Made by a program: the position numbers and the translations under genes. Below, piece after piece: positions 11,455 to 24,020 of a stretch of DNA of 64,000 nucleotides; position 1 is the first letter of the stretch, and every line of letters begins with the position of its first letter. Source of the DNA: Lama guanicoe (lineage: Eukaryota); assembly GCA_013239625.1 (NCBI GenBank), contig MU053792.1, forward strand, positions 284,941-348,940. The letters are read 5' to 3'. The notes under the pieces were generated by a model, which saw nothing but the letters and a program-made list of their open reading frames with translations, searched no databases and was not told where the DNA came from.

Positions 11455-13559
11455 CTGAAAAAGAAAGTGTTTTCTTATATTTATCTTGTGACCAAGTGAA
11501 GATTCTTAAGAAGAATATAATTCACGGTGACTCACCTGGGACAGGTGCAGGGCTGAATACACATCAACCAGAAGGGAACACAGAAAGGTAAAGTTGATAT
11601 CAAGGCTAAACTGGACCTCCTCGTTATTGGTATTAAATACAATTTTATGTTCATTATAAATTTACACTCCTATGAATGTATGTCACTCTCTTTCTCATTG
11701 TTTTACTCTTCACACTTCAAGAAAAGCTTGAATTTTATATCTCTTTTGCATTTGATGTTATTGAAAGATTTTACCTGAAACAGTCAAGGAAGGCAATCCT
11801 TGTTAAAAAGGAGGATCCTTTTCCTAAATTTGTTCTCAATTTTAATAAGCTGCCATGCCATTTCCAGTTCAGCGTATAAAGTTAATTTAGAAACCATGAA
11901 ATATTTAAATTAGTGGCCCTCACTGATCATCTTGTTCAGTGACCACATCTCTTTGTTTCACACCTGACAAGAGACCTGAGCTCCCAAGAACTTATGTTGC
12001 CCAAGGTCACAGAGATGGTCATGAAATTGAATTAGCTTTATTATCTAGAGTTTAGAAACAAAGACCTCTGCCTCCAGCTACTGCGTTGCACTATTTGGGT
12101 TCTGCTTCTCTCCTCAAACAAGCCCAGCAGTGCAAGGAGTTTGCGAGGGGTTAGGGATTTAATTAGTTGCAATTTTTCATCTGTGATTTAATGCTTATGT
12201 GAGCAGTAAGCCCACTGAGAGTCCATCTGTTCTTTAGGATGTAAGCAACTAGGAGAGCCTCGCACCCTAGGAAAGAGCCCCTCTCACATTTTCCCAAGCA
12301 ACAAGTATTTCAGTCCACAGATACGGTATTAAACATAGATTCCTCACCACGGCAATGGTTGATCAGGTCTTGACGACTTTGCATTTGTGAGCTGCCTGAA
12401 GGCTGGGACTCTCTCTCACTCAGCTTTGTGTTAGACCAATGCTTTTTCTCAGTGCATCTGGGAGTAGATTAATTACATTGAATGGAACTGAATTCTTAGC
12501 TGAAGTTCGCTCTGAGGACTATTACTGCTATGCAGTAGAATGAAATATTTGCTGTAGAAAAGACTTTGCAGACCAATTGTTTATTCTACAGCTAAGAAGA
12601 CGAAGGCCCCCTCCCCAACTAAGATTTAGTCCCAGATCACAGCAGAGCTATGACTTGGAACAAAGCCACTGTGTGTGTTGTATGAACAAAGCATTTGCTT
12701 AAACCTTGACTTTGCTCTGGCCTCTTTTAGAGTCATTGTTTGCTGACACGGGCCGTTGGATAATTTCTTTCTCTTACATTCATGTTCTTCCTTCATCTTT
12801 TCTCAGAAAGACGTACGCTTCATTAGCATTGTCAGGTGTTCTGGCTGCTTCTGCTGTGGTTTTATTTGAACTTCAGCCTCAGTACATCATTAAAGTAGTT
12901 TTCTGGTCTCCCCTACTTGACTTGTCTGAGGTCTACACAAAGAGAAGTTGTATTTCTTTTACCCTAGATCATTCTGAGCTTTACCCAGTCCTCCAATCTA
13001 TTTTATTCCAAGTAAAATCAATACAGTGAAAGTCCAAATTACGACAAAAGGAAGACTTCTAATGCTTCCTTTGCAGAAAACAAATACCTGCTCTGCACCT
13101 ATACACACATCCTGGAACTATTTCAGCGTTTCATAGAAGGGAGATTTCATATAATGAAGAGCAAACCAAATGTGGCTTTGCTCCAACAACAAACACAAGT
13201 GATGGTTCCCAGCAGGGCTATGACACTTCACCTCACAGAAGTTCCTTCTATTTTTAGTTCTCATAATTAATACCAACCATTTTTTAACAAGAATCTCTAT
13301 TTATACCCTTTAATGGATGATTCTAGAATGCTGAAGGCAATTATAGGTGTCAATACAAAGCAAATTTGGAAAAACAAGACTCCTTTTTTTCCTTCTGAAG
13401 AGTACTAGACAGTCTTCTTCAACTATGCAAAATCTATATCCAGTTTCTAAGTGAGCTCCACTGTATTTGGGATCTCCTCCCCCTTACTGAATAATTCCCT
13501 AAGTTTTCATTTCACTCTCACTGTCTAAAAAAAAGTCAAAATTATGGCATGAGCAAGGA

Positions 13560-13900
13560 TTATGAGGCCAGGTTTCAGAGGCAAACAGAAGAATTTCGAT
13601 GGCTTAGCACAACAGGAGATTTTTCATTGTTCAAGCTATGGTCGCCATGAGTGTGAGAGACTGTGTAATGGATCTGTCCTCTGTGCAGTGGTTCAGCCAT
13701 CCTTGGGCTTTGATCTCCTGCCATGTCTGTTGTAACTCCACTTCCATCACTGAAATGGCAGAAGAAGAGATGGTTGGAGGGTTCTGTATCAGGATTTAAA
13801 TTCTTCAGGCCATGATGACCCATGGAAGTGTCCCTCCTTTACATCTGGATAGTGAGGAGAATTGCATGTAGATTAGCATGATTAATTCTGGTCACATAAT
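13560..13900 (-). mobile_element. Old MaLR (MLT1-type) LTR fragment
   Basis: 'gatggcttagcacaacaggagatt', 'tcttcaggccatgatgacccatggaagtg', 'ggtcacat' resemble antisense MLT1. Confidence 0.4.
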
Positions 13901-14384
13901 AAAACAGTGACTGAAAATAGCTAAGTGGAAATCACAAATCCACACATGGTAGCATTTTTTCCCTAGGCTTACATTGTTTTCTAAATCATCCACAACCAAT
14001 AGTATCTGCCAACAATTTCTGGCATGCCTTCAGGGAGTATACAATCCTTCTCTTTTAAATGGGAGATTGTCATTATGAATTTCTAAGAAGAGAATGATGG
14101 AGATTGGGGAATATAAGAATTAATAAGTGTATAAATGCAAGTGCTGAAAAGCGTGAGTTATAATTGATATCCCTGATTTCAATGGGAACTAATTTAACAT
14201 CTTTTACATCACAGTTCTAAATATATTTGATATACTATTAATTTCATATTCTAAGTCTTAGGAGTTTATACGGCCAACCTCTTGGATGATAATTGACAGC
14301 ATACCTTCATTAAGTCTGAAAAATGAAGAATCCACTACAACGAATCATTTTTTTGCAGAATTGGTGAGAGATAAAATTTTTTTC

Positions 14385-16158
14385 ATCTTTTTTTTATAGA
14401 AGCATAGTCAGTTACTGTGTATCAATTTCTGGTGTACAGCATAATGTCCCAATCATACATACATATACATGCATTCATTTTCATATTATTTTCATTAAAG
14501 GCTATTACAAGATATTAAATATAGTTCCCTGTGTTTTATAGAAGAAATTTGTGTTTTATTTATTTTTATATATAGTGGTTAACATATGCACATCTCAAAC
14601 TTCCAAGTTTATCCCTTCCCACCCTCTTTCCCCTGGTAAGCATAAGATTGTTTGCTATGTCTGGGAGTCTGTTTTTGTTTTATAGATGAGTTCATTAGTG
14701 TCCTCTGTTTTCTCTCTCTCTCTTTTTTTTTTTTTTTAGATTCCAGTAGAAGTGATATCATATGGTATTTTTCTTTCTCCTTCTAGTTTACCTTACTTAG
14801 ACTGATGATCTCCTGCTCCATTCATGTTGCTGCAAATAGAATTATTTTATTCCTTCTTATGGCTGAGTAGTACTTCATTGTATAAGTACACCACAACTTC
14901 TTTATCCAGTCGTCTGTCAATGAACATTTAGGTTACTTCTATGTCTTGGCTATTGTATATAGAGCTACTGTGAACATTGGGGTGCATGCATTTTTTTCCA
15001 ATTAGAGTTCCCTCCACATATATGCCCAGGAATGAGACTAATGGATCATATGGTAAGTCAATTTTTATTTTTTGGAGGAATCTCCGTACTGTTTTCCATA
15101 AAGGCTGCACTAGACTATATTCTCACCAGTAGTATAAAAGGGTTCCCTTTTCTCCACACACTCTCCAGCATTCATCTTTGGTGAACTTAATGATGGCCAT
15201 TCTGACTGATGTGAGGTGATATCTCATTGTAGTTTTGATTTGCACTTCTCTGATAATTAGTGGTAACTACTAAACATTGATTAAAGTTATTAAAGATGAC
15301 TTAACAAAATGGAAAGATATCCCATACTCTTGGATTGGAAAAATCAATATTGTTAAAATGGCCATACTGCCCAAGGAAATCTACAGATTCAATCAGATCC
15401 CTATCAAATTACCCATCACATTTTTCACAGAACTAGAACAAATTATCCTAAAATTTATATGGAATCACAAAAGACACAGAATTGCCAAAGCAATACTGAA
15501 GTAAAGAATGAAGCAGGAGGAATAATCCTCCCAGACTTCAGACAATGCTACAGAGCTACAGTAATCAAAACAGTGTGGTGTTGGCACAAAAACAGACACA
15601 TAGGTCAACAGGTCAGAACAGAGAGCCCAGAAATAAACCCACAGACCTGTGGTCAATTAATCTCCAACAAAGGAGGCAAGAATATAAAATGGAGAAAAGA
15701 CAGTCTCTTCAGCAAATGGTGCTGGGAAAACAGGACAACTGCATTTAAATTAATGAAGTTAGAATACTCCCTTACACCATACACAAAAATAAACTCAGAA
15801 CAGATTAAAGACTTAAATATGAGACAAGACACTATAAACCTCCTAGAAAAAAAAGCAAGCAAAATATTCTCTGACATATATTTTAGCCATGTTCCCCTAG
15901 GGCAGTTCTCCCAGGCAATAGATATAAAAGCAAAAATAAACAAATGGGGCCTAATTAAACTACAAGCTTTTGCACAACAAAGGAAACCATAAACAAAACA
16001 AAACGACAACCTACAGAATGGGAGAAAATATTTGGAAATGATGCAACTGACAAAGGTTTAATTTCCAGAAAATATAAACATCTCATACAACTCAATAACA
16101 GAAAAGCAAACATCCCAATCCAAAAATGGGCAAATGACCTAAACAAGCAATTCTCCAA
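14385..16158 (-). mobile_element. L1 with twin-priming inversion (antisense 3' part 14385-15263; inverted ORF2 segment ~15265-16158 on +)
   Basis: Plus ORFs 15277-15992 are L1 ORF2 ([30 protein letters not shown]); the left part is antisense 3'UTR with a T-rich tail. Confidence 0.92.
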
Positions 16159-17796
16159 TATATGTTTTAAATAGAATCCTTATCTAGGACATATCTATTG
16201 TACAATATTGAGTGTATTGTGCTTATGAAGAGCATTAACGCTACCTTGGGAAAGTAGGACTGTAAGTCAAAAATCTCCTTGGCTTCCTCTCTGGAATGCT
16301 TATTTAAATCTGTGTAGATGAGAGATTGAAAGCAATAATACTGGAGATTTAAACCGTGCAGAAACGTTCAAATAATTATACAAAAACCTAGGCCTTACAT
16401 CTATTCAATTTTAAACAAGTATTTCAAATACAAACAAACTTCATACATAAAGGCTTATTTTTTTCAGAATTGTATTAGTCTACTATTCTGTTATAAATTT
16501 GGGAATGCCATTAAATCAATACAATAAACCAATGCAAATTGTGTTTTTATAAAATAAAAATATTTTTTAAAAATCTAAACAGTGCTTTAATGTCATTTTA
16601 TTGGGGTTTCTCACCTAGCAATTAGAAATTTTTTTTTTCTGGATTTAGTTTAGTTGACTAGAACTTTTTTGCAATAAAAAATGTAGGCTATATCTGCTAC
16701 ACACATTTTTTTAATTAAAAATATTTCAGAAAAATCTTATTTCCTAAACTATTTATACTATTTTTCTGGTTTGTTGTTCATGTGAGATTATTTTTTCTAT
16801 AAAGAACATGAGCCTATATTGCAATAATCATGAAGGTGAGTTTTGCTTTGAGTGTATTTTCTGTTTCTAACTCTACTCTAATATTGAGAGCTGAGTGGGT
16901 CAATCATAGTCATTTTCTCTGATGTTCACAGGATGCTTTCTACTTGTACACATGGTTTATGCATTTCCTGACCACTGCTCAAATGTGCAACCCTTATATC
17001 TCAGGTTCAACAAGGCAAACGAAACGTAAGTTTTAAAGTTATGATTCTTTTAAACATCAAATCGAAAAAAACATTATAAAGAATGATAATAATCAGACTG
17101 AGCTGCAAAGAACTGCAGTATCTTGATAGCTCTTGAGACCCTGTCCTTGTGTTTGCTAGTCCCCAAATGTGAGCTTATAAACTGGGCCACCAGACCTTAG
17201 GAACTCTTTGACGTCAACTTCACAATGCATATGTCATATATCAGAATATTTATTTTTTTATTTACTGTTATGTTGGGGAGACCCAGTGGATATTTCTAGT
17301 ATTCCTTTTAATAATATGAATGATATTCAAGAACTGGAGAAAGCAAAATGTGTAACACGAAATAACCACAAGATATTTTAAATGTAAATGGTATGAAAAT
17401 TAAAAGTCAGATAGTGGTTTATGTGGAATGGAATTAGAGCAAATTATTTGAAGGAAGTCTGTCTAATTTATGAGTTTTAGTTTTTTAAAACTTTGAAATA
17501 TAGAAAGTATTCATGCCTATGTTGGAAAAAATACTGACAGGCAAGCAAAGAAATCCTTTGTAGCTCTCATTCATAATCATAATTGCTATTTTGAAAATAA
17601 ATTTTAGCACACACACATAAACTATTCAAACTATATATGTGTATACACATATATATACACACACACACATATATACATATAAAACTATATATATGTATAT
17701 ACTTTCTCTCTGGTTTTGAAAAATGGAGTTGTATTATATTTGTCTATAGGTTGCTTTTTACTTTATTGTATTGTCCGCAGAAATAATACACATCTG

Positions 17797-18419
17797 TGTT
17801 GTGTTGGTCTCAGCCTATTGATAGCAATGCTGTTGACTAGAAATGCCTGAGACACTTGCCTGGGCACATACTGCTTGTGGCATCCCCGCCCCACAACAGA
17901 CATTCTCCAAATTGGAGCCAATACTGTGGCTGGGCCAGCCCTTGTGGTTCTTACTGTGATTGCCGGGCATAGCTAAACCACAACTATCAGGCAGCTTGAA
18001 AAATCAAGATATATTACTCACAGATCTCGGAGGGAACATGGCATTCCCAGAGGCCACACAGAGATGCTGCTGTGGGGAGAGAAAGAGAGGGAGCGTGGAC
18101 CTGGGGCTCTGCCTCTATTAGGATCCAGGGTGGGGGGTTCACAGTTTCACAGTTTCACTCTTTATTGGCCAATTTAAAGCATAAGAGAGGGAATTAGGGT
18201 GCAGAAAGGGAAAAGCAGGATCACGCAGATGGTTAGGTCTCTAGGTTACCAAGGGTCTTCTAAAAGGAGAACTTCATGGGTCGGGGTGGCCGGGTTTCTT
18301 ATCTAGCTATTTTGCTGGTAGCTGTATCATCTAGTTGACAATGTGATTATTCCAGATGGATCTCTTTGAAAATGGATGTCTCAGAAATCAAAAGTTTCAT
18401 TTCAGGCACTTATAGTACA
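17797..18419 (-). mobile_element. ERVL-class solo LTR (MER54/73/74/88-like)
   Basis: TG...CA ends (tgtt.. / ..agtaca), flanks atctg/atcta, motif 'ggacctggggctctgcctctattagg'. Confidence 0.6.
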
Positions 18420-19990
18420 ATCTATGACATACATTTTAGTGACTGAATATAGTCTATTATGTGGATGAACCACAACTTAAAATGTCCTATAACTGAATGT
18501 CAACAATACTTACTTTGGTTTTACCATTATAAACAACTCTTAAATGAATGTGTTAATACCTAAGTCTTTGTCTTGTACGTTTATTTCCTTAGAACAAATT
18601 TCTAGGAGTAAATATCTGTCTCAAGAAGTCTGTTCATATTTAAGATTTTGAAGTATTGACAAAGAATATTCTAGAAAGACTAAAAATGACACCCCCACCA
18701 GTGTATAAAATTTTGTTTTACCATACTTTCTCATACATTAATTAAATTATTAGCAATCTTACAATATTTAATTTAAAAAGTGAAAGTGACCTTTGTCATT
18801 GTAATCTATCTGTCATTTTTTTCTGATAAGGTTGAACAATATTTTTCATTTTCAACAGCCCATTTCTATTTCATTCCAGCAAAAGTATAATCCACAACAT
18901 ATAGTAGGTACTTTGTGAACACAGGTTTGCTTCTTTTCATTCAGTTTTTGCAAATGAATAATAGAAAGATAAATTCAATACAATAGCCAACAAAATTCCA
19001 ATGGGGTTGTATGGAGAAGCTGCAAAAAGTTATTCTGAAACTGAATATGAGAACAAAATTTTATAAATACTTGGTTAAATTTTAATGGCAGTATTTGTAT
19101 CACAGTCCACTGAGAAAGAATATTTATTTACTAGATATCATCTTGGAAACTTTAAGCAGGATCCAAGTCACAGTGTATACAGTAATAAACTTAGATAGAT
19201 TAAAGGCCTAATTGTGAAAGATAAAGCTATAACATTAATAAAGAAAATCTGTGACAATGTTCTTGTGAACTTGATTGGGAATTAAATCTTAAACAAGACC
19301 TAAAAAAGGTACAAATAACGACGGTAAATGTGACAGTTTTTTCAATTAAAATTAAGAAATGATCTTCAACAAAGGACACCACAGACAGACAGTAGATCGA
19401 TTCAGTCAGTAAAGGTATTTGCAACAGTTAAAGTTGCCTAAAATATAATATCTAGAAAATGTAAAGAGCTTCTCTCCTTCAGTAAGAGATGGACAAAAGA
19501 CCTAATATTAAAAGAAGAAAATCAATGTTTGAGAAACTTACCAAAAGAGATTCGGAAATGACTAGATAGTACGTAAAGATGTTTTCAGTCTCACTAGCCA
19601 TCAGAGAAGTACAACCCGCAATGAAGAAGGACCACTCACATCCTTTAGAACAGCAACTATAGAACATCAGGTAGCATCTAATACTGACCAGGACATACAG
19701 TCACAGAAACCTTCATGTGCTGCAAATAAGAATATAAGGTAACTCCAGTCACTTTATAAATCTAAAATATAGTAATCAAGTGACATAAATACTTGTATAA
19801 CGTATAATTCAGCAGTTATACATCAGGTTACAAATCAGAGAGATTCTATGTTATACTTTCTGGTATTTGTTCTGATGATAAGCAATTGGGAGCATCAGTA
19901 AGAGACTGGATAATGGAGTATGCTTCAATATAGAGAAGATTCGAACTAGGTTTACATATTGCAATTCAGGTATATTTTTTTAAATGTTGG
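18420..19990. mobile_element. Ancient L1M(E) fragments (antisense ~18420-18880, sense ~18960-19990)
   Basis: Degenerate L1 ORF2/3'UTR phrases, e.g. 'ataaattcaatacaatagccaacaaaattccaatgggg', 'gtctcactagccatcagagaagtacaa'. Confidence 0.55.
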
Positions 19991-20599
19991 CTGGATTTGA
20001 AAAAGGAAGACGAGCAAGATTTATAACACAAAATACCACTTCTATAATAATTTAAGTAAACAAATGAGTTATATACAGATAAAATAATATATTCACATGT
20101 ATTTAAGAATAAATTATTTTGTTTGTGTAAGAAAATATATCAATACATTATATCAGTATGCATTGTGGGAAGAACAAGTAAAGATGAGCGGGAAATGTGT
20201 CATTAGATTAAACTAAAGATTCAGAAAGAATGGTAATGTGAGATGAACTGAAGGATATGATAAAGTGACTGAGAATCTAAATTACAATAAAAGTTAAGAA
20301 AATTTAGACAGAAAGTAAAGAAAAATAAAAACTAAGCAACTTTAAATCACTTGGAAACTTTTGTACGTTTCTGTTTCCTCAGTTAATAACAGTTACAGCA
20401 CAAACTCCTTCATCCGGCCATGAAGGTTATCTACTCTGAGTCATTAACCTACCTTGCCTCACTTTTTGTTTTAACCTTAATTTTTACCAGTTACAACTGA
20501 CAGAAACAAAACCAAAATGAATTAGGATATGCATAGTATTATTTTCTGTATAAAACTAGTTTCAAATGATCAGAGTGTGCTAGCTAGCTCAGTTCTGCC

Positions 20600-22950
20600 T
20601 CTCTCTTTTTCTCTCATCTTTCCAACTCCTTCCTTCTAGGGCCTATGAATTACACAGTTGGGAAGAATGTGGCTTCATTTGTAGGTTGGCTCTATCCTTA
20701 GTTCAGTCTGTCTGTGAGAGGAATAAATCGCCTCCCGGTGTAATGATTTCAACCTTGTGCTTGGGGAGTGCATTGAGGGTCACCAGGATGGACTGGTCTA
20801 CCAAAACTGCAGAGGTTAGGGAGAAACAGGTTTTCTTGGCCAAAAGAAAAACACATCACAGAGAGCTGCAGTAAGCAACATTAGGCATACAGAGGTTTAG
20901 CATTGAAGGATTGCGGGTGGGGCATGAATGGCATTTGCTACAAGTTACTCCTTGAAAGTCTCACTGGTATTGCCCATGTCCCACTCTGTCGTATAACTGA
21001 ACTTTCAAGAGACCTGACCAGTTACAATTTCTAGATATACAAAAACAAACACCTTAAAATAACAGAGGATCCCTAATACTCTGAGCTAGAACTTATTTTG
21101 GACTAGGTTACTTCCAATCAAGTTTAATGCTGGCTGTGGAAGCACTAAGATAGGCTCCTGTAAATCTTTGAGATCCAGTTACATCTTATTATTTGCCTCA
21201 GATAATCAGAGTATATTATAGTTCTCCAGAAAAACAGAACCAGTAGGAGATCTGCAGTCAGCAAGCTGTCACAAGACCCAGGAAAGCCAATGTTGTAGTT
21301 CTCGTCCAATTCTGAGGGCCTGGGAAACAGAAGATCTGATGGTGTAATTTCCAGTCTAAAATCGAGCAGGCTCAAGACGAGGCTCAAGGTCGGTCCTTCA
21401 GTTCAAGTCCAAAGGCAGGAAAAGATAAACTAAAGGAGTCCAGCAGGAGGCATTCCCTCTTGTTTGTGGGAAGCTCAGCCTTTTTGATATAATCAGGTCT
21501 TCAACTGATTAGATGAGGCTCACTCACATTTGAGAGAGCATTCTGCTTTACTCAGTCTATTACTGTAAATATTGATTTTGTTCAAAAATGTCCTCACAGA
21601 CATATCCAGAATAATGTTTGACCAATCTCGACAACATATAACCCAGCCCAGCTGACATATAAAACCAACCATCACATGAGGTCAATTAACCCTGTTGATA
21701 TTAACTGATTTCTGTCTACTAGGTTAAAGAATCTAAAATAAGCAAGTGGTGGTCATAGTTTAGATTTAACGGAACCCTAGTTGTGTATGTCCTCTCATAT
21801 TAGAATCAGAAATTCTAGTCCAGGGAAGCCTAAAATTACGGAAATGGGAAGCACACATTTCCAAGTGGGTCACTGATAATGATGATGAGGGATGACTCTC
21901 CCAGTTCTTCTGCTTGGTTCCTTCACCCATGGATCCCAACTACCAGGTAGAAATCACCATATTTTGTCACGATTACACAGAACATGATCACCAGGGTGTC
22001 ATTTAAATTGTGCCTTCCAGGCCATGCCAACATTTATCAGTCTGGACATTTCTTGGTAGTCTGGTATATGGTGTGACTAGCGGATTCCATGATTATTAAT
22101 AACTGCCATTCTTCCTTTGCTGTAAAGTGAATCTGCAGAACGCTACATGAGCTCCTGTAACAATAGTTCAGATATTGTGTGAGAACTCAGGCCGAGATAC
22201 TGTTGGCCACCTCCATTCATTCAACCCCACTGATATGTCTTTTCAATGAGAACAAATGGTTGGAAGGAATTGCACCCTCCAAAGTAGAAATGGCAAAAAG
22301 AATCAACTTGCCACTGGGGGTGGATCTTCTAAAAAATGGTGCAACATCAAGAGCTCAGTGTGAGATTATGTTGCCTACAATCTGGACATTTAGCAATGTC
22401 ACAAGCTATTTTATCCTTGGTCACAGCCTGTGATAATGGACCACACCCAGCCTGCATCTGCAGCACTGTGGCTATTATGTTCACAAGCCCAACAGTGGAA
22501 ACACTGAGGTAGCCCAAAGCAGAGACTCACTGAATTCCAACAGATCAATCATTCTATTCAAGTAGTTGTTCAATGCCTTCCGTGCACTGGATCTTTTTTT
22601 TTTTTGGTGGATATTACATGAGAGATAAATATTACACAATTTCTATCCACTCTTCTAGGTCCACTGCATGCTTCTGTCCCAGATTGCTTTGCTTTCAGTC
22701 TTCTAATCTTACTCGTTCCCTAAATAACTAGGGAAGCCGGTGGTTAGGGATTTGTCAATACCTTGGTCCAGGCTATTTGACCCTCTCCACCACGTTGATC
22801 ACTAGATGTACTGCTCAAAGCTCTGCCACAGAGGCTTCTCACTGTCCATCGCTGGCCGAGAGTTGCTTCAAGGACTCTCTCTGGTATTTCTGGCTTGTCT
22901 GCCTGCAAGTGGAGTGTCTTCCCTGATCAGGAAAAAAAAAATCCCTCGGG
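20600..22950 (-). mobile_element. ERVL internal (pol/integrase) remnant, interrupted by an MLT2 LTR
   Basis: Reverse complement near 22295-22315 reads tggcaagttgatt.. (WQVD of the ERVL integrase WQVDYIGPLP motif); other ERVL-like phrases at 21840-22900. Confidence 0.6.
21212..21676 (-). mobile_element. MLT2 (ERVL) LTR
   Basis: Begins 'tatattatagttctccagaaaaacagaaccagtaggag', ends 'ctgacatataaaaccaaccatcaca'. Confidence 0.85.
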
Positions 22951-23629
22951 TGTACAATCACAGGTGATCTCAGTCCCCAGTATAGGCTTATAGAGTTAAT
23001 TTCCAGGGGGATGTTGACAGGATACTAATAACCTCTGCTTAATCAGGCAAAATCGTCATCCTGCCTGTCTCTAATTTATCTCATAAGTGATCCTTACTCT
23101 CGGGAAAGCTTTAAACTTGAAGTGAAATATCAGTATCCTACCCATCCTTAATCTCTGTCTTCATAATCTGTTCAATCTAATGATTGCCTCTCTAGACTGA
23201 ATTACCCTTCTTTAAAATCAATGACTGTTTTATATTCCTTCTCTAATGCCACTTAAAATACTTAGTGTGGTTATAGGTATTTTTTTCAACTACATCATAA
23301 AAATTACCAGTCATGCTTTTATTGCAAATAAACCATGAACACAGGGATTATTTCTTATGCATGTCAGCATTTCACACGGCTCAAATACCAGGCACAAAGT
23401 AGTTCCTCATTAAGTAAATTCAGATAACAATGAAAATGTCAAGTGCAGAATAAGTGAAATTATCTGTTGAACTGAGTTGCATTAATAATCCTGAGCTACA
23501 TTTTTCCTTCTATCTCAGACTTTGAGTTTAACTTTCAATTCTCTTTTAGATTCTCATCTCCACAAAAAAACAAATCTAGAAAATTGTTTATTTGGAAGTT
23601 TTACCACAAATAGATAAAAGTTGAATGTA

Positions 23630-24020
23630 ACTCTGGGCCTCCTGAAAGTAAGTCCTGCTGCCTTTGTAAGCCAAATGGTCTGGGGTCTTGCCTTCCCTGT
23701 GCAGGACCCCTGGTACAGGGAGCCTGACATCCGTCTCTGACCTCTCACGCCTTTGGGAAATAATTTCAATTTCTACAGTTGAAATTATTGTCTCATTTGT
23801 GGGTCACTCACCGAAGTGTATGGGTCTTGACTATATTGTGACTCTACCCCACCTAACTATCTCTTTGTGGCTCCTTATGAAATATTTGGTCATAGAAGAT
23901 GCTTTCTGTTAGGTTCTGGTCTTTTACCTTAATGTTTTTTTCTGCAAATAGTTGTGATTTTTGTGTGGAGAGAAGAGATGAGCTCAAAGTCTTTCTACTC
24001 TGTCATCTCGGCCAATCTCT
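23630..24020 (-). mobile_element. Isolated L1 5'-UTR start fragment
   Basis: Reverse complement aligns by eye to 59159-59520 (gtagaaagac..tgag[c/t]tca.., aaaatcacaact, ggtgagtgacccacaaa). Confidence 0.8.

Noticed and set aside
10012..11670. Resemblances of alternative frames to a ZP domain (INFTFLCSLLVD), a Myb/SANT-like motif (GDRTSSQIQARFYQL) and the IL12A helix D (CMLHR..AVTLSTVM)
   Set aside because: The matches are short, mutually incompatible and in different frames, some with stops, and intron positions do not fit where I could compare them. A profile search is needed, so no gene name is assigned.
12813..12932. Further minus-strand AG/GT-bounded segment
   Set aside because: Stops in all three frames and a weak donor (gtacgt); cannot be linked to the cluster with confidence.
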